Assembly: GCA_963729335.1 (NCBI GenBank)
Contig: CAVSNN010000002.1
Coordinates: forward strand, 326,475 to 390,474
Length of the DNA: 64,000 nt
Direction: 5' to 3'
Source of the DNA: an uncultured Alphaproteobacteria bacterium
GTDB lineage: Bacteria; Pseudomonadota; Alphaproteobacteria; Rhizobiales; Xanthobacteraceae
The notes under the pieces: model-generated
The model's database searches: none
What the model saw: only the letters and a program-made list of their open reading frames with translations
Told to the model about the DNA's origin: nothing
Translations under genes and position numbers: made by a program
In this document: positions 37,073 to 46,554 of the stretch, piece after piece
Layout of the letters: each line of letters opens with the position of its first letter
Position numbering within the stretch: the stretch's first letter is position 1

Positions 37073-39145
37073 TCAGTTCAATTGGCTCAGCACCGCCGCC
37101 GCCACCTTTTCAGCCGTAATCCCGAAGTGCCGGTAAAGCTCCTGATACGGCGCGCTGGCGCCAAACCCGGTCATGCCGACAAAAGTTCCCGCCGAACCGA
37201 TAATGGCGTCCCAGCCCTGGCGGATGCCGGCTTCCACCGCGACGTTGATTTTGGCGTCGCCGATTATCGCCGCGCGCTTGGCGTCCGGCAAATCCAGCAA
37301 CAGTTCGAAGCACGGCACCGAAACCACCCGCGCCGAGATTTTGCGCGCGGCGAGGAGCTTTTTGGCTTCGACCGCGATGGCGACTTCCGAACCGGTGGCG
37401 AACAGCGAGACGATGGCCGCATCGTCGTCAGCCGCGACCAACTCGTAGGCGCCGGCCGCGCAACGATTGCGCTCGTCGAAACCGTGGCGCAGTTGCGGCA
37501 GGTTCTGCCGCGTCAAAGCGAGCACGCTCGGGCCGGTTTTGCTTTCCAGCGCCAGCTGCCAGCACTCGACGGTCTCGACCGCGTCGGCCGGGCGAAACAC
37601 CTTGAGATTGGGAATGGCGCGCAGCGCGGCGAGATGCTCGACCGGCTGGTGCGTCGGGCCGTCCTCGCCGAGCCCGATCGAATCGTGGGTCATCACGTGG
37701 ATGACGCGCTGGCCCATCAGCGCGGCGAGCCGGATTGCCGGCCGGCAGTAATCGGAGAACACCAGGAACGTGCCGGAATAGGGGATGATGCCGCCATGCA
37801 GCGCCATGCCGTTCATGGCCGCCGCCATGCCGTGCTCGCGCACGCCGTAATGGATGAACGTGCCGGAATAATCCGCCGCGCTCAAAACCTTCATCGCTTT
37901 GGTGCGGGTGTTGTTCGAGCCGGTGAGATCGGCCGAGCCGCCGAGCAATTCCGGCAGCGCCGCGGTGAGCCCTTCGAGCGCAAGCTCCGAGGCGGCGCGG
38001 CTGGCGATGTCTTTGGGCGTTGCCGCGAGCTTTTGCTTCACGGCGGTAACGGCTGCGGCGAGTCTGCTGCCGGGTTCGCCGCGCAGGCGGCGCTCGAACT
38101 CGGCGCGCCGGTCGGAATCGAGCGCGGCGCGGCGCGCTTCCCAGGCGAGCCGCGCCGGGCGGCCGCGTTCGCCCGCGGCGCGCCATGGCGCGAGGATGGC
38201 GGGCGGAATTTCGAACGGCGGCGAAGTCCAGCCGAGCTGTTGCCGGGCGGCGGCGATCTCGTCAGTCCCGAGCGGCGAGCCGTGCGCCTTCTCGGTGCCG
38301 CCCTTATGCGGCGCGCCGAAGCCGATGGTGGTGCGGCAGGCGACGAGCGACGGCCGGTCGGATTTTTTCGCCGCTTCGATGGCGGCGGCAATCGCCGCGG
38401 GATCGTGGCCGTCGATCCGCGTCGCTGCCCAGCGCGCCGACTTGAACCGCTCGACCTGATCGACCGAATCCGACAGCGCGGTCGGCCCGTCGATGGAAAT
38501 GCCATTGTCGTCGTAGAGCACAATGAGCTTGTTGAGCCGCAGATGGCCGGCGAGCGCAATCGCTTCCTGGCTGATGCCTTCCATCAGGTCGCCGTCGGAG
38601 GCGAGCACGTAAGTAAAGTGATCGATCAGATCGCCGCCGCACGCCGCGGCGAGATGGCGCTCTCCGATCGCCATGCCGACCGCATTGGCAAGCCCTTGGC
38701 CGAGCGGGCCGGTGGTGGTTTCGACGCCAGGGGTATGGCCGTGCTCGGGATGGCCGGGGGTGAGCGAGCCGAGCTGGCGGAAGCGCTCGATCTCCGCGAT
38801 CGTCATCTTCGGGTAGCCGAGCAGATAAAACAGCGCGTAGAGCAGCATCGAGCCGTGGCCGGCCGACAGCACGAAGCGGTCGCGGTCGGGCCAGGCCGGA
38901 TCGGCGGCATCGAATTTGACAAAGCGGGTGAACAGCACGGTCGCAACGTCGGCCGCGCCCATCGGCAATCCGGGATGTCCCGATTTCGCCCGTTCGACCG
39001 CATCCATCGCCAGCGCGCGGATGGCGTTCGCCATGCGGTCGTGCTCGGCGCGCGAGGCCGCGGCCGCCGCCGTGCCGGCGGCGGGAAAGCGGGGAGCCTG
39101 GGCGAGAGTTGCACTCGCCGCGGCAAGACGGTCCGGCTTGGTCAT
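37073..39145 (-). CDS. tkt: transketolase
   Basis: 690 aa; [30 protein letters not shown], and the TPP motif [10 protein letters not shown]. Intact. Confidence 0.92.
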   Translation of the reverse strand: MTKPDRLAAASATLAQAPRFPAAGTAAAAASRAEHDRMANAIRALAMDAVERAKSGHPGLPMGAADVATVLFTRFVKFDAADPAWPDRDRFVLSAGHGSMLLYALFYLLGYPKMTIAEIERFRQLGSLTPGHPEHGHTPGVETTTGPLGQGLANAVGMAIGERHLAAACGGDLIDHFTYVLASDGDLMEGISQEAIALAGHLRLNKLIVLYDDNGISIDGPTALSDSVDQVERFKSARWAATRIDGHDPAAIAAAIEAAKKSDRPSLVACRTTIGFGAPHKGGTEKAHGSPLGTDEIAAARQQLGWTSPPFEIPPAILAPWRAAGERGRPARLAWEARRAALDSDRRAEFERRLRGEPGSRLAAAVTAVKQKLAATPKDIASRAASELALEGLTAALPELLGGSADLTGSNNTRTKAMKVLSAADYSGTFIHYGVREHGMAAAMNGMALHGGIIPYSGTFLVFSDYCRPAIRLAALMGQRVIHVMTHDSIGLGEDGPTHQPVEHLAALRAIPNLKVFRPADAVETVECWQLALESKTGPSVLALTRQNLPQLRHGFDERNRCAAGAYELVAADDDAAIVSLFATGSEVAIAVEAKKLLAARKISARVVSVPCFELLLDLPDAKRAAIIGDAKINVAVEAGIRQGWDAIIGSAGTFVGMTGFGASAPYQELYRHFGITAEKVAAAVLSQLN

Positions 39146-39389
39146 GGGAACGGGCCAATCGCGGCGCGCATGCGCGCGCGGTCACGGGAACAAAGGCCGC
39201 GCACAGATAACATGGGGGGCACGCCAGTCAATTCCGCGGTTCCCGGCGCCAGGCGTCATGCACAGGCTAGAACAGGCGCCGTTGACGCTTTCCCGCCATA
39301 CGACGTAAGGTTCCCGCGATAACCGATTGCCTTCGCACAATTTTCATGCCGGGGCGCGACGCCCGGCTTGGCCACAGCGGATGGCGTTG

Positions 39390-39668
39390 ATGAGCGACAC
39401 CGATCCGATCGAGACCGCGACGGCACGGCTTGCGCTCGCGCTCGATGGCTTGGAAGCGGCGACCGAGCGCCGCGGCGAGGCCGACCGCGGCGAGGCGGCG
39501 CTCGCCAATCAAGTCCACGCGCTCGACGGCGATCGCGCGCGGCTTGCCGGCGAACTCGATGACGCAACCGCGCGCGCCCGCGCGCTCGAAACCGCCAATC
39601 GCGAAGTCGCAGTTCGCATCGATGCCGCGATTGCAACCATTCGCGGCGTGCTGAATTCGGAACAGTGA
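39390..39668 (+). CDS. DUF4164-like coiled-coil protein
   Basis: Ala/Leu/Arg/Glu-rich coiled coil immediately upstream of zapA, the usual position of DUF4164 in this order. Start could be 39381 or 39390. Confidence 0.55.
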   Translation: MSDTDPIETATARLALALDGLEAATERRGEADRGEAALANQVHALDGDRARLAGELDDATARARALETANREVAVRIDAAIATIRGVLNSEQ

Positions 39669-39721
39669 GAACGACAAAATGCCCCGGAACTTAATGGTCC
39701 AATACTAACGGCTGAAAACGA

Positions 39722-40108
39722 ATGGCTCAGGTCAACGTCACCATCAACGGCCGGCAGTTCCGGATGGCCTGCGAGGACGGCCAGGAGGGCCATCTGATGG
39801 ATCTGGCGCGCGAACTTGACGGCCGCATCAGCGGCTTGCGCGCCAAATTCGGCGAGATCGGCGACACCCGACTCACCGTAATGGCGGCGATCACGGTGGC
39901 CGACGAACTCGCCGAAGCTGGGCTGCGCGTCAAGCGGTTGGAAGAGGAACTCGCCGCCTTGCAGGACGCCCGCGTCGCAGCATCCGACCGCAACAAAGCC
40001 GCGCAGGCTTCGATCGCCACCGCGCTTAGCACCGCGGCTGAGCGGATCGAGGGCATCACCAAGAAGCTCAATGAATCGATCAACACCGGCAGCGTCGCGG
40101 CGGGTTGA
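39722..40108 (+). CDS. zapA: cell division protein ZapA
   Basis: MAQVNVTINGRQFRMACEDGQEGHLMDLARELD...LTVMAAITVADEL is the ZapA pattern. Confidence 0.85.
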   Translation: MAQVNVTINGRQFRMACEDGQEGHLMDLARELDGRISGLRAKFGEIGDTRLTVMAAITVADELAEAGLRVKRLEEELAALQDARVAASDRNKAAQASIATALSTAAERIEGITKKLNESINTGSVAAG

Positions 40109-40109
40109 T

Positions 40110-40316
40110 TTCACCTCTCCCGTTCCGGGAGAGGCCGCGAGCGCAGCGAGCGGGTGAGGGCAAGAGCCGCGACATCGACGCACGTTTTGCGACCGACGAG
40201 CTGCGTTCCTTCTCCCCGGAGGGGAGAAGGGCAGGATGAGGGGGTACTGAGTCCGAGTATTTGCTCCGACTTCCGGACCCCCTCACCCCAACCCTCTCCC
40301 CTGCGGGGAGAGGGAG
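40110..40316. repeat. cluster of CTCTCCC...GGGAGAG hairpins (REP family 2)
   Basis: CCTCTCCC-gttcc-GGGAGAGG (40114-40134), CCTTCTCCCC-gga-GGGGAGAAGG (40208-40230), GAGGGGGT...ACCCCCTC, CCCTCTCCCC-tgc-GGGGAGAGGG (40292-40314). Confidence 0.8.
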
Positions 40317-40349
40317 CCGCACGCGGCGCGGCCGAGATCGATTGGCGTT

Positions 40350-40527
40350 GACCGCGCCTTCGCACTACATTGTCCCCGCGGGGCTGCCCGGTGCGTAGGA
40401 GACAATACTCCGGGGCCTTACGATCCTGAAGGGAGCTGTCCCTGACCGAGCCCCTGGGTTCGGACATATGGCGCCCACCTACTTATGTAGGTTCCCGGGA
40501 TCAGCGCTCTTACGGCCGGCGCGGCTC
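40350..40527 (+). ncRNA. ssrS: 6S RNA
   Basis: Sits between zapA and the 5-formyl-THF cyclo-ligase gene, the conserved ssrS position. Long-range pairing fits a 6S rod with a central bubble: CCGCGCC (40352-58) with GGCGCGG (40518-24), GCTG/CCCGG (40384-91) with CCGGG/CAGC (40495-505), and GTAGG (40395-99) with CCTAC (40478-82). Ends approximate. Confidence 0.55.
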
Positions 40528-40540
40528 CGCACTTCTCACC

Positions 40541-41131
40541 ATGACCACACAAACCAACATGGAGGACTCCAAGGCTGCGCTCCGCCGCGATGCCCTTGCC
40601 CGCCGTGACGCTTTGCCGGCGGACGCGCGCAAGGCCGCCGCCGAAACGATTGCAGCGCGGGGATTTCCGCTGAAAATTGCGCCGGGCACCATCGTGTCCG
40701 GCTTCATGCCGCTCAAAAGCGAAATCAATCCGCTGCCGCTGATGCGGAAACTCGCTGCGGCCGGTGCGCAATTGGCGCTGCCCAAGATCGCCGGCCGCGG
40801 CAAGCCGCTCGTCATGCGCGCCTGGCAATCGGGCGCGCCGCTCGATGCCGGCCAATGGGGCATCCGCGAGCCGAAGCCGGATGCGCCGGAAGTCGAGCCC
40901 GACATTGTGCTGGTGCCGCTTCTCGCTTTCGATCGCGCCGGCCATCGCATCGGCTATGGCGCCGGCTATTACGATATGACGATCGCGGCCTTGCGCGCGC
41001 GCAAGACCGTGACCGCCGTCGGCATTGCCTTCGCGATCCAGGAAGTTCCCAAAATTCCGACGACGGAGCGCGACGCGCGGCTCGATCTCGTGCTAACCGA
41101 GCGCGAGGTTATTGATCTGCGCCGAGAATAG
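40541..41131 (+). CDS. ygfA: 5-formyltetrahydrofolate cyclo-ligase
   Basis: 196 aa; DIVLVPLLAFDRAGHRIGYGAGYYD is the family signature. Confidence 0.85.
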   Translation: MTTQTNMEDSKAALRRDALARRDALPADARKAAAETIAARGFPLKIAPGTIVSGFMPLKSEINPLPLMRKLAAAGAQLALPKIAGRGKPLVMRAWQSGAPLDAGQWGIREPKPDAPEVEPDIVLVPLLAFDRAGHRIGYGAGYYDMTIAALRARKTVTAVGIAFAIQEVPKIPTTERDARLDLVLTEREVIDLRRE

Positions 41132-41371
41132 CGCGGGTTTGAAGCTCGGTTCGCATGTGATAGCGTTTTGTCCCAAGGGTGCGGAGCGACCTAGTAGCCA
41201 TGCAACCGAAGGCGCCGCGCGCGCCGTCGGCCAAGAGGCGAAAAAACTGCTCCCCGGGCCTCTCCCGCAGAGGGACCTAGGCAACCGAAGCGGTGATGCC
41301 CGGTCAATTCGCGAAAAGATGAGCCGCAAACGCGGTTGCGCCCGAATGTCGTGCTCTCGAATGTCGTGCTG

Positions 41372-42193
41372 ATGCGCATTCTCTTCGTCGGCGATATTGT
41401 CGGGCGCAGCGGGCGGACCGTCGTCTGTGAGCGGCTGCCGGGGCTCATTCGCGACTGGAAGCTCGATCTGGTCGTCGCCAATGGCGAGAACGCAGCCGGC
41501 GGCTTTGGCATTACCGAGGCGATCTATCGCGAGCTCATCGATGCCGGCGCCGACGCCATCACGCTCGGCAATCATGCCTGGGACCAGAAGGAGGCGCTGG
41601 TCTTCATCGAGCGGGCGCCGCGGCTAATCCGGCCGATCAATTATCCACCCGGCACGCCCGGCCGCGGCTCAGCGATGATCGAAGCCAAGAACGGCGCGCG
41701 CGTGCTCGTGGTCAACGCCATGGCCCGCATTTTCATGGACCCGCTCGATGATCCGTTTGCCGCGCTCGACCGCGAGCTTGCGGCGTGTCCGTTGCCGGGC
41801 GGGGCCGACGCCATCGTGGTCGATTTTCACGGCGAGGCGAGCAGCGAAAAGCAGGCGATGGGCTTGTTCTGCGACGGCCGGGCGAGCCTCATGGTCGGCA
41901 CCCACACCCATGCGCCGACCGCCGATCTGCGCGTGCTGCCCGGCGGCACCGCCTTCATGACCGACGTCGGCATGACCGGCGACTTCAATTCGGTGATCGG
42001 CATGGCCAAGGACGAACCGTTGCAGCGGTTCCTGACGCGCGTGTCGTCGGCGCGGTTCGAGCCGGCCACCGGCCCGGCGACGCTTTGCGCCGCCGCTGTC
42101 GAGACCGACGACGCCACCGGGCTCGCGAGCCGCGTCGGCGCGGTGCGGCTGGGCGGCCGGCTGGAACAGGCGGTGCCGGTGTTCTGGACTTGA
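41372..42193 (+). CDS. YmdB-family metallophosphoesterase (TIGR00282-type)
   Basis: MRILFVGDIVGRSGR...DLVVANGENAAGGFGIT...LGNHAWDQKE...GTHTH. ATG at 41372 preferred over the track start 41336. Confidence 0.85.
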   Translation: MRILFVGDIVGRSGRTVVCERLPGLIRDWKLDLVVANGENAAGGFGITEAIYRELIDAGADAITLGNHAWDQKEALVFIERAPRLIRPINYPPGTPGRGSAMIEAKNGARVLVVNAMARIFMDPLDDPFAALDRELAACPLPGGADAIVVDFHGEASSEKQAMGLFCDGRASLMVGTHTHAPTADLRVLPGGTAFMTDVGMTGDFNSVIGMAKDEPLQRFLTRVSSARFEPATGPATLCAAAVETDDATGLASRVGAVRLGGRLEQAVPVFWT

Positions 42194-42221
42194 GTTTTCG
42201 GCGGCGGAATATTTATGTCTT

Positions 42222-42297
42222 TGCGAGGAGCGTAGCGACGAAGCAATCCAGAACTCGCGCCGCAAGACTGGATTGCTTCGCTCCGCTCGCAATGACG
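42222..42297. repeat. REP family 3 palindrome (translates as ...[10 protein letters not shown])
   Basis: GAAGCAATCCAG (42240-51) pairs with CTGGATTGCTTC (42268-79), flanked by AGCGAC/GCTCCGCT and CGCAATGACG. From memory this unit is highly repeated in Bradyrhizobiaceae-like genomes. Confidence 0.7.
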
Positions 42298-42316
42298 CTT
42301 CAGACGGAAACGCATT

Positions 42317-43063
42317 ATGGCCGGACATTCGCAGTTCAAGAACATCATGCACCGCAAGGGCCGCAAGGACGCGGTGCGCTCCAAATTGTTCGGCAAGCTC
42401 GCCCGCGAGATCACCGTCGCCGCCAAGCTCGGCATGCCCGATCCGGCGATGAATCCGCGGCTGCGCGCGGCGGTGCTGGCGGCGCGCGCGGAAAACATGC
42501 CGAAAGACAATATCGAGCGCGCGATCAAGAAGGCGTCGGGCGGAGAGGCCGAGAATTACGAGCAGATCCGCTACGAGGGCTACGGGCCGGGCGGCGTCGC
42601 GGTGATCGTCGAGGTGCTGACCGACAACCGCAACCGCACCGCCGGAGAGGTGCGCTCGACCTTTACCAAGAGCGGCGGCAATCTTGCCGAGCCCGGCGCG
42701 GTCGCGTTCATGTTCGATCATGTCGGCGTCATCGAATACGACGCCAAGGCGGCGAGCGCCGAGGCGATGTTCGAGGCGGCGCTCGAGGCCGGCGCCGACG
42801 ACGTCGCCTCGAACGAGGAAATCCACGAGGTTTACGCGGCGCAAGACCATTTCGGCTCGGTCGCCAAGGCGCTGGAAGAAAAATTCGGCGAGCCGCGCAA
42901 GGCGGCGCTCACCTGGCGGCCGCAAAACACGGTGGCGGTCGACGACGAGCACGGCGAGAAAGTGCTGCGGCTGATCGAGAGCCTCAACGAGCACGACGAC
43001 GTGCAGAACGTCTATGCCAATTTCGAAGTGTCCGACGCCGTCGTCGCCAAGATGAGCGCGTGA
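42317..43063 (+). CDS. yebC: YebC/PmpR family DNA-binding transcriptional regulator
   Basis: [37 protein letters not shown] is the canonical N-terminus. Confidence 0.92.
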   Translation: MAGHSQFKNIMHRKGRKDAVRSKLFGKLAREITVAAKLGMPDPAMNPRLRAAVLAARAENMPKDNIERAIKKASGGEAENYEQIRYEGYGPGGVAVIVEVLTDNRNRTAGEVRSTFTKSGGNLAEPGAVAFMFDHVGVIEYDAKAASAEAMFEAALEAGADDVASNEEIHEVYAAQDHFGSVAKALEEKFGEPRKAALTWRPQNTVAVDDEHGEKVLRLIESLNEHDDVQNVYANFEVSDAVVAKMSA

Positions 43064-43128
43064 TATTTTCTATCTCGCCCCAGCACTATGGAGAGGTGGA
43101 ACATGGGGCGTGCTATCACTAGCCCGCT

Positions 43129-43647
43129 ATGACGCGCCCGATTCGCATCCTCGGCATCGATCCCGGGCTCCGCCGCACCGGCTGGGGCGTGGTCGCGATT
43201 GCCGGCAACGCGTTGAGCTTTCTCGGCTGCGGCTCGGTGACGACCGACGACCGCGAGGCGCTCTCGGCGCGGCTTCTCGCCATCCATGACGGGCTTATGC
43301 GCATCCTCGACGAATTCCGCCCCGACGAGGCCGCCGTCGAAGCGACGTTCGTCAGCAAGGACGCCAGAGCCACGCTCAAGCTCGGCCAGGCGCGCGGCAT
43401 CGCCATGGTGGTGCCGGCGAAGGCCGGCGTGCCGGTCGCCGAATATGCGCCGAACCTGATCAAGAAAAGCATCGTCGGCGCCGGCCACGGCGACAAGGCG
43501 CAGGTGCGGATGATGATCGGCGTGCTCTTGCCCAAGGCCGATCCGGGCTCCGACGACGCTGCCGACGCGCTCGCCATCGCGGTGACGCATGCGCATCACC
43601 GGCAGAGCGTGGTGCTGCGCGCGGCGCTCAAGGTGGCGGCGCGATGA
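43129..43647 (+). CDS. ruvC: crossover junction endodeoxyribonuclease RuvC
   Basis: [18 protein letters not shown]...[20 protein letters not shown]...[13 protein letters not shown]. Confidence 0.92.
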   Translation: MTRPIRILGIDPGLRRTGWGVVAIAGNALSFLGCGSVTTDDREALSARLLAIHDGLMRILDEFRPDEAAVEATFVSKDARATLKLGQARGIAMVVPAKAGVPVAEYAPNLIKKSIVGAGHGDKAQVRMMIGVLLPKADPGSDDAADALAIAVTHAHHRQSVVLRAALKVAAR

Positions 43648-44261
43648 TCGGCAAGCTCAAAGGCGTGATCGATTCCTATGGCGCGGATGCCGTCATCCTC
43701 GACGTCAATGGCGTCGGCTATCTCATTCATTGCTCGGCGCGCACCTTGCAGGAATTGCCGCGCGCCGGCGAGCCGGCGACGCTGTCGATCGAAACCCATG
43801 TGCGCGAGGACCAGATCCGGCTATTCGGCTTTTCGACCGACGTCGAGCGCGAATGGTTCCGGCTCTTGCAAACCGTCCAAGGCGTCGGCGCCAAGGTCGC
43901 GCTCGCCGTCATTGGCACGCTCAGGCCCGCCGACCTCGCAACGGCCATCGCCATGCGCGACAAGGCCATGGTGGCGCGCACGCCCGGCGTCGGGCCGAAG
44001 GTCGCCGAGCGTATCGTCACCGAATTGAAAGACAAGGCGCCGGCCTATACCGATATCGATCCGGCGCTCATTCGGCTGTCCGGCGCGCTCGACGATAAGC
44101 GCGCGCCGCGGCCAATTACGGACGCAGTTTCGGCGCTGGTCAATCTCGGCTATGCGCAGATGCAGGCCGCCGCCGCCATCGCCGCCGCGGCGCGATCGGC
44201 CGGCGAGGGCGCGGAGACGACGACGCTGATCCGGCTCGGGTTGCGGGAACTGGCGAAGTGA
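43644..44261 (+). CDS. ruvA: Holliday junction branch migration complex subunit RuvA
   Basis: [31 protein letters not shown]...[16 protein letters not shown]...[13 protein letters not shown]. Confidence 0.92.
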   Translation: MIGKLKGVIDSYGADAVILDVNGVGYLIHCSARTLQELPRAGEPATLSIETHVREDQIRLFGFSTDVEREWFRLLQTVQGVGAKVALAVIGTLRPADLATAIAMRDKAMVARTPGVGPKVAERIVTELKDKAPAYTDIDPALIRLSGALDDKRAPRPITDAVSALVNLGYAQMQAAAAIAAAARSAGEGAETTTLIRLGLRELAK

Positions 44262-44695
44262 AGAAGCCGGCGAAACTCGGCAAGGCCGACCGTGCGCTGA
44301 TCGCGGCGGCGAGCGCGGCGATCAAGCGCCGCTATCGCGACGACTGGCAGGAAGTCGGCGCGGCGTTGCGCACCCGCTCGGGAAAAATCTTCACCGGCGT
44401 CAATCTCGACGCCTATCTCGGCCGCATGGCGGTATGCGCCGAGGCGGTCGCGCTCGGCCGTGCCGTCGTCGACGTTGGCGACGAGGGGATTGATTTGATA
44501 GTTGCGGTGCGCCATCCGTCACCCGACGACAAGAAGCGAAGCATCGCAGTGGTGTCGCCGTGCGGGGCGTGCCGGGAATTGATATTCGACTATGATCGAG
44601 GCGCGCGCGTGATCGTGCCGAACGGCAGATCGGCGGCGGTGGTGCCGATCGCCGAATTGCTGCCGAACAAATATACCCGAGGGCCAAAACGGTGA
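44258..44695 (+). CDS. cytidine deaminase-like protein (blasticidin-S deaminase-like)
   Basis: 145 aa with zinc motifs VCAEAVALG (C-A-E) and [10 protein letters not shown]. The start GTG overlaps the ruvA stop (GTGA) and its stop overlaps the ruvB start (GTGA). Confidence 0.75.
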   Translation: MKKPAKLGKADRALIAAASAAIKRRYRDDWQEVGAALRTRSGKIFTGVNLDAYLGRMAVCAEAVALGRAVVDVGDEGIDLIVAVRHPSPDDKKRSIAVVSPCGACRELIFDYDRGARVIVPNGRSAAVVPIAELLPNKYTRGPKR

Positions 44696-45738
44696 CCGGC
44701 GCGCCACCCAAGCTGGTAACGCCCGAGCGCCGCGACGAAGACGCGGCCGAGGCGAGCCTGCGGCCGCAGCGGCTCGCCGAATTCGTCGGCCAGCGCCAGG
44801 CCTGCGCCAATCTCGCGGTGTTCATCGAGGCGGCGCGCGGCCGACGCGAACCGCTCGATCACGTCTTGTTCGTCGGCCCGCCCGGGCTCGGCAAGACCAC
44901 GCTGGCGCAGATCGTCGCCCGCGAGCTTGCCGTCAATTTCCGCGCCACCGCGGGACCGGTGATCGCCAAAGCCGGCGATCTCGCCGCGCTTCTCACCAAT
45001 CTCGAAGACCGCGACGTGCTGTTCATCGACGAAATCCACCGGCTCAATCCGGCGGTCGAGGAAATCCTCTATCCGGCGATGGAGGATTTTCAGCTCGACC
45101 TCATCATCGGCGAAGGCCCGGCGGCGCGCTCGGTGAAGATCGACCTCGCCAAATTCACGCTGATCGGCGCCACCACCCGCGCCGGGCTCCTGACCAATCC
45201 GCTGCGCGACCGCTTCGGCATTCCGGTGCGGCTGAATTTCTACAGCGAGGCCGAGCTCGAACAGATCGTCAATCGCGGCGCGCGCGTGCTCGGCATCGCG
45301 ATCACCGCGGACGGCGCCAACGAGATCGCACGGCGCGCCCGCGGCACCCCGCGCATTGCCGGGCGGCTGTTGCGCCGGCTGCGCGACTTTGCCGATGTCG
45401 CCAAAGCCCCCGCGATCGATCGGGCGGTCGCCGACCGGGCGCTCGCCGCGCTCGAAGTCGACGGCTCAGGCCTCGACGCCATGGACCGCCGCTATCTCAC
45501 CGCCATCGCGGTGCATTACTCGGGCGGCCCGGTCGGGGTGGAGACGCTCGCCGCGGCGTTGTCGGAGCCGCGCGACGGCATCGAGGACATCATCGAGCCA
45601 TATCTGATCCAGTGCGGCTATTTGCAGCGCACCCCGCGCGGCCGGCTTCTCACCGTCCACGGCTTCCGCCACCTCGGCCTGCCCGAGCCGCCGCGCGACC
45701 CGGCGCAGTTCGGATTGTTCGGGGCGGAAGAAGAGTAG
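44692..45738 (+). CDS. ruvB: Holliday junction branch migration DNA helicase RuvB
   Basis: [12 protein letters not shown]...[14 protein letters not shown]...[10 protein letters not shown]...[13 protein letters not shown]. Confidence 0.93.
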   Translation: MTGAPPKLVTPERRDEDAAEASLRPQRLAEFVGQRQACANLAVFIEAARGRREPLDHVLFVGPPGLGKTTLAQIVARELAVNFRATAGPVIAKAGDLAALLTNLEDRDVLFIDEIHRLNPAVEEILYPAMEDFQLDLIIGEGPAARSVKIDLAKFTLIGATTRAGLLTNPLRDRFGIPVRLNFYSEAELEQIVNRGARVLGIAITADGANEIARRARGTPRIAGRLLRRLRDFADVAKAPAIDRAVADRALAALEVDGSGLDAMDRRYLTAIAVHYSGGPVGVETLAAALSEPRDGIEDIIEPYLIQCGYLQRTPRGRLLTVHGFRHLGLPEPPRDPAQFGLFGAEEE

Positions 45739-45740
45739 GC

Positions 45741-46229
45741 ATGGCCTACATTTTCGAACTCGAACGAGATTTCGATGAGCCATATCTCGCAGCCGACGGT
45801 TCCTGCATAATTGACTTCGCGCTCGGTTATGACCCCGACTTGTCCTTGATCGTGCTCATGTCGGTCATGTTGATCCCGGACGAGAGCGGTGCGTTCGAAC
45901 TTGTTTTTGGAATTAGAGAGAGGAGCGGAGTGGATGCCTCGAACCCTGCAACTCTGGACTATAAATCCGCTACCGCGAAGCTCTATGTTCCACCTGAATC
46001 GGCGGAAGACGTTCTCGGTGTCGTTCTCACTGCAACAGTCCGTCTCATCGAAAAGGTGAAGCCGAGGAATGTCATCATGGAAACGTTCCATTCAAATCTG
46101 CCGCCGAAAGCTATGAGAAAGTATGAATCGATTGAAAAAGTTCTTGGCAGCCTTTCCTATGCGATAACCGAAAAATTCCGCAATGAGGGCGATGGCAAGG
46201 ACTATTGGTCTTTCAGACGGGCCGATTGA
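45741..46229 (+). CDS. hypothetical protein (162 aa, net acidic), low-GC
   Basis: ATG lies 2 nt after the ruvB stop. The ORF is intact, with AT-richer codons than the flanks (one sampled line is 50 percent GC). No domain recognised. Confidence 0.55.
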   Translation: MAYIFELERDFDEPYLAADGSCIIDFALGYDPDLSLIVLMSVMLIPDESGAFELVFGIRERSGVDASNPATLDYKSATAKLYVPPESAEDVLGVVLTATVRLIEKVKPRNVIMETFHSNLPPKAMRKYESIEKVLGSLSYAITEKFRNEGDGKDYWSFRRAD

Positions 46230-46274
46230 GAAAAATCGCCCGCTATGCTAGGTGTCAAGCGAGGAGACGTTGAT

Positions 46275-46451
46275 ATGCTCAAGCGCGCTGAAATTCTTGC
46301 CGCCACGAAAAGAGTTGCACGCCGTGTTGCGGCGAATGAGACCGGCGTTGCTCCGCTTAAGGAGAAGCACATCCGGCGCCTTGCGGAGTTGAAACGTAAG
46401 GAAGCGGACAAACGCAAAGCCCACGGGGCTATCGTAGGTGCGCGTTCGTAA
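46275..46451 (+). CDS. hypothetical small basic protein (58 aa)
   Basis: ATG at 46275 is preceded by GAGGAG at 8-nt spacing. MLKRAEILAATKRVARRVAANETGVAPLKEKHIRRLAELKRKEADKRKAHG is Lys/Arg-rich and probably helical. No family recognised. Confidence 0.45.
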   Translation: MLKRAEILAATKRVARRVAANETGVAPLKEKHIRRLAELKRKEADKRKAHGAIVGARS

Positions 46452-46452
46452 C

Positions 46453-46554
46453 GGGCGGTTGCTCGCGGTCCAATCATTCAAATACCTCGGCTTGCTTGAG
46501 TCTTCTCGTGACCCGGCGCAGTTCGGGTTGTTCGGGGAGGAAGACGATGACTGA
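46453..46554 (+). pseudogene. vestigial duplicate of the ruvB 3' end
   Basis: One frame reads [33 protein letters not shown], compared with the ruvB tail [32 protein letters not shown] (45640-45738). Its TGA overlaps the GFA start codon. Confidence 0.75.

Noticed and set aside
40080-40467. ORFs 40080..40322, 40111..40467 and 40154..40351 as small Gly/Glu/Arg-rich proteins.
   Set aside because: They are translations of REP family 2 hairpins and of the 6S RNA region.
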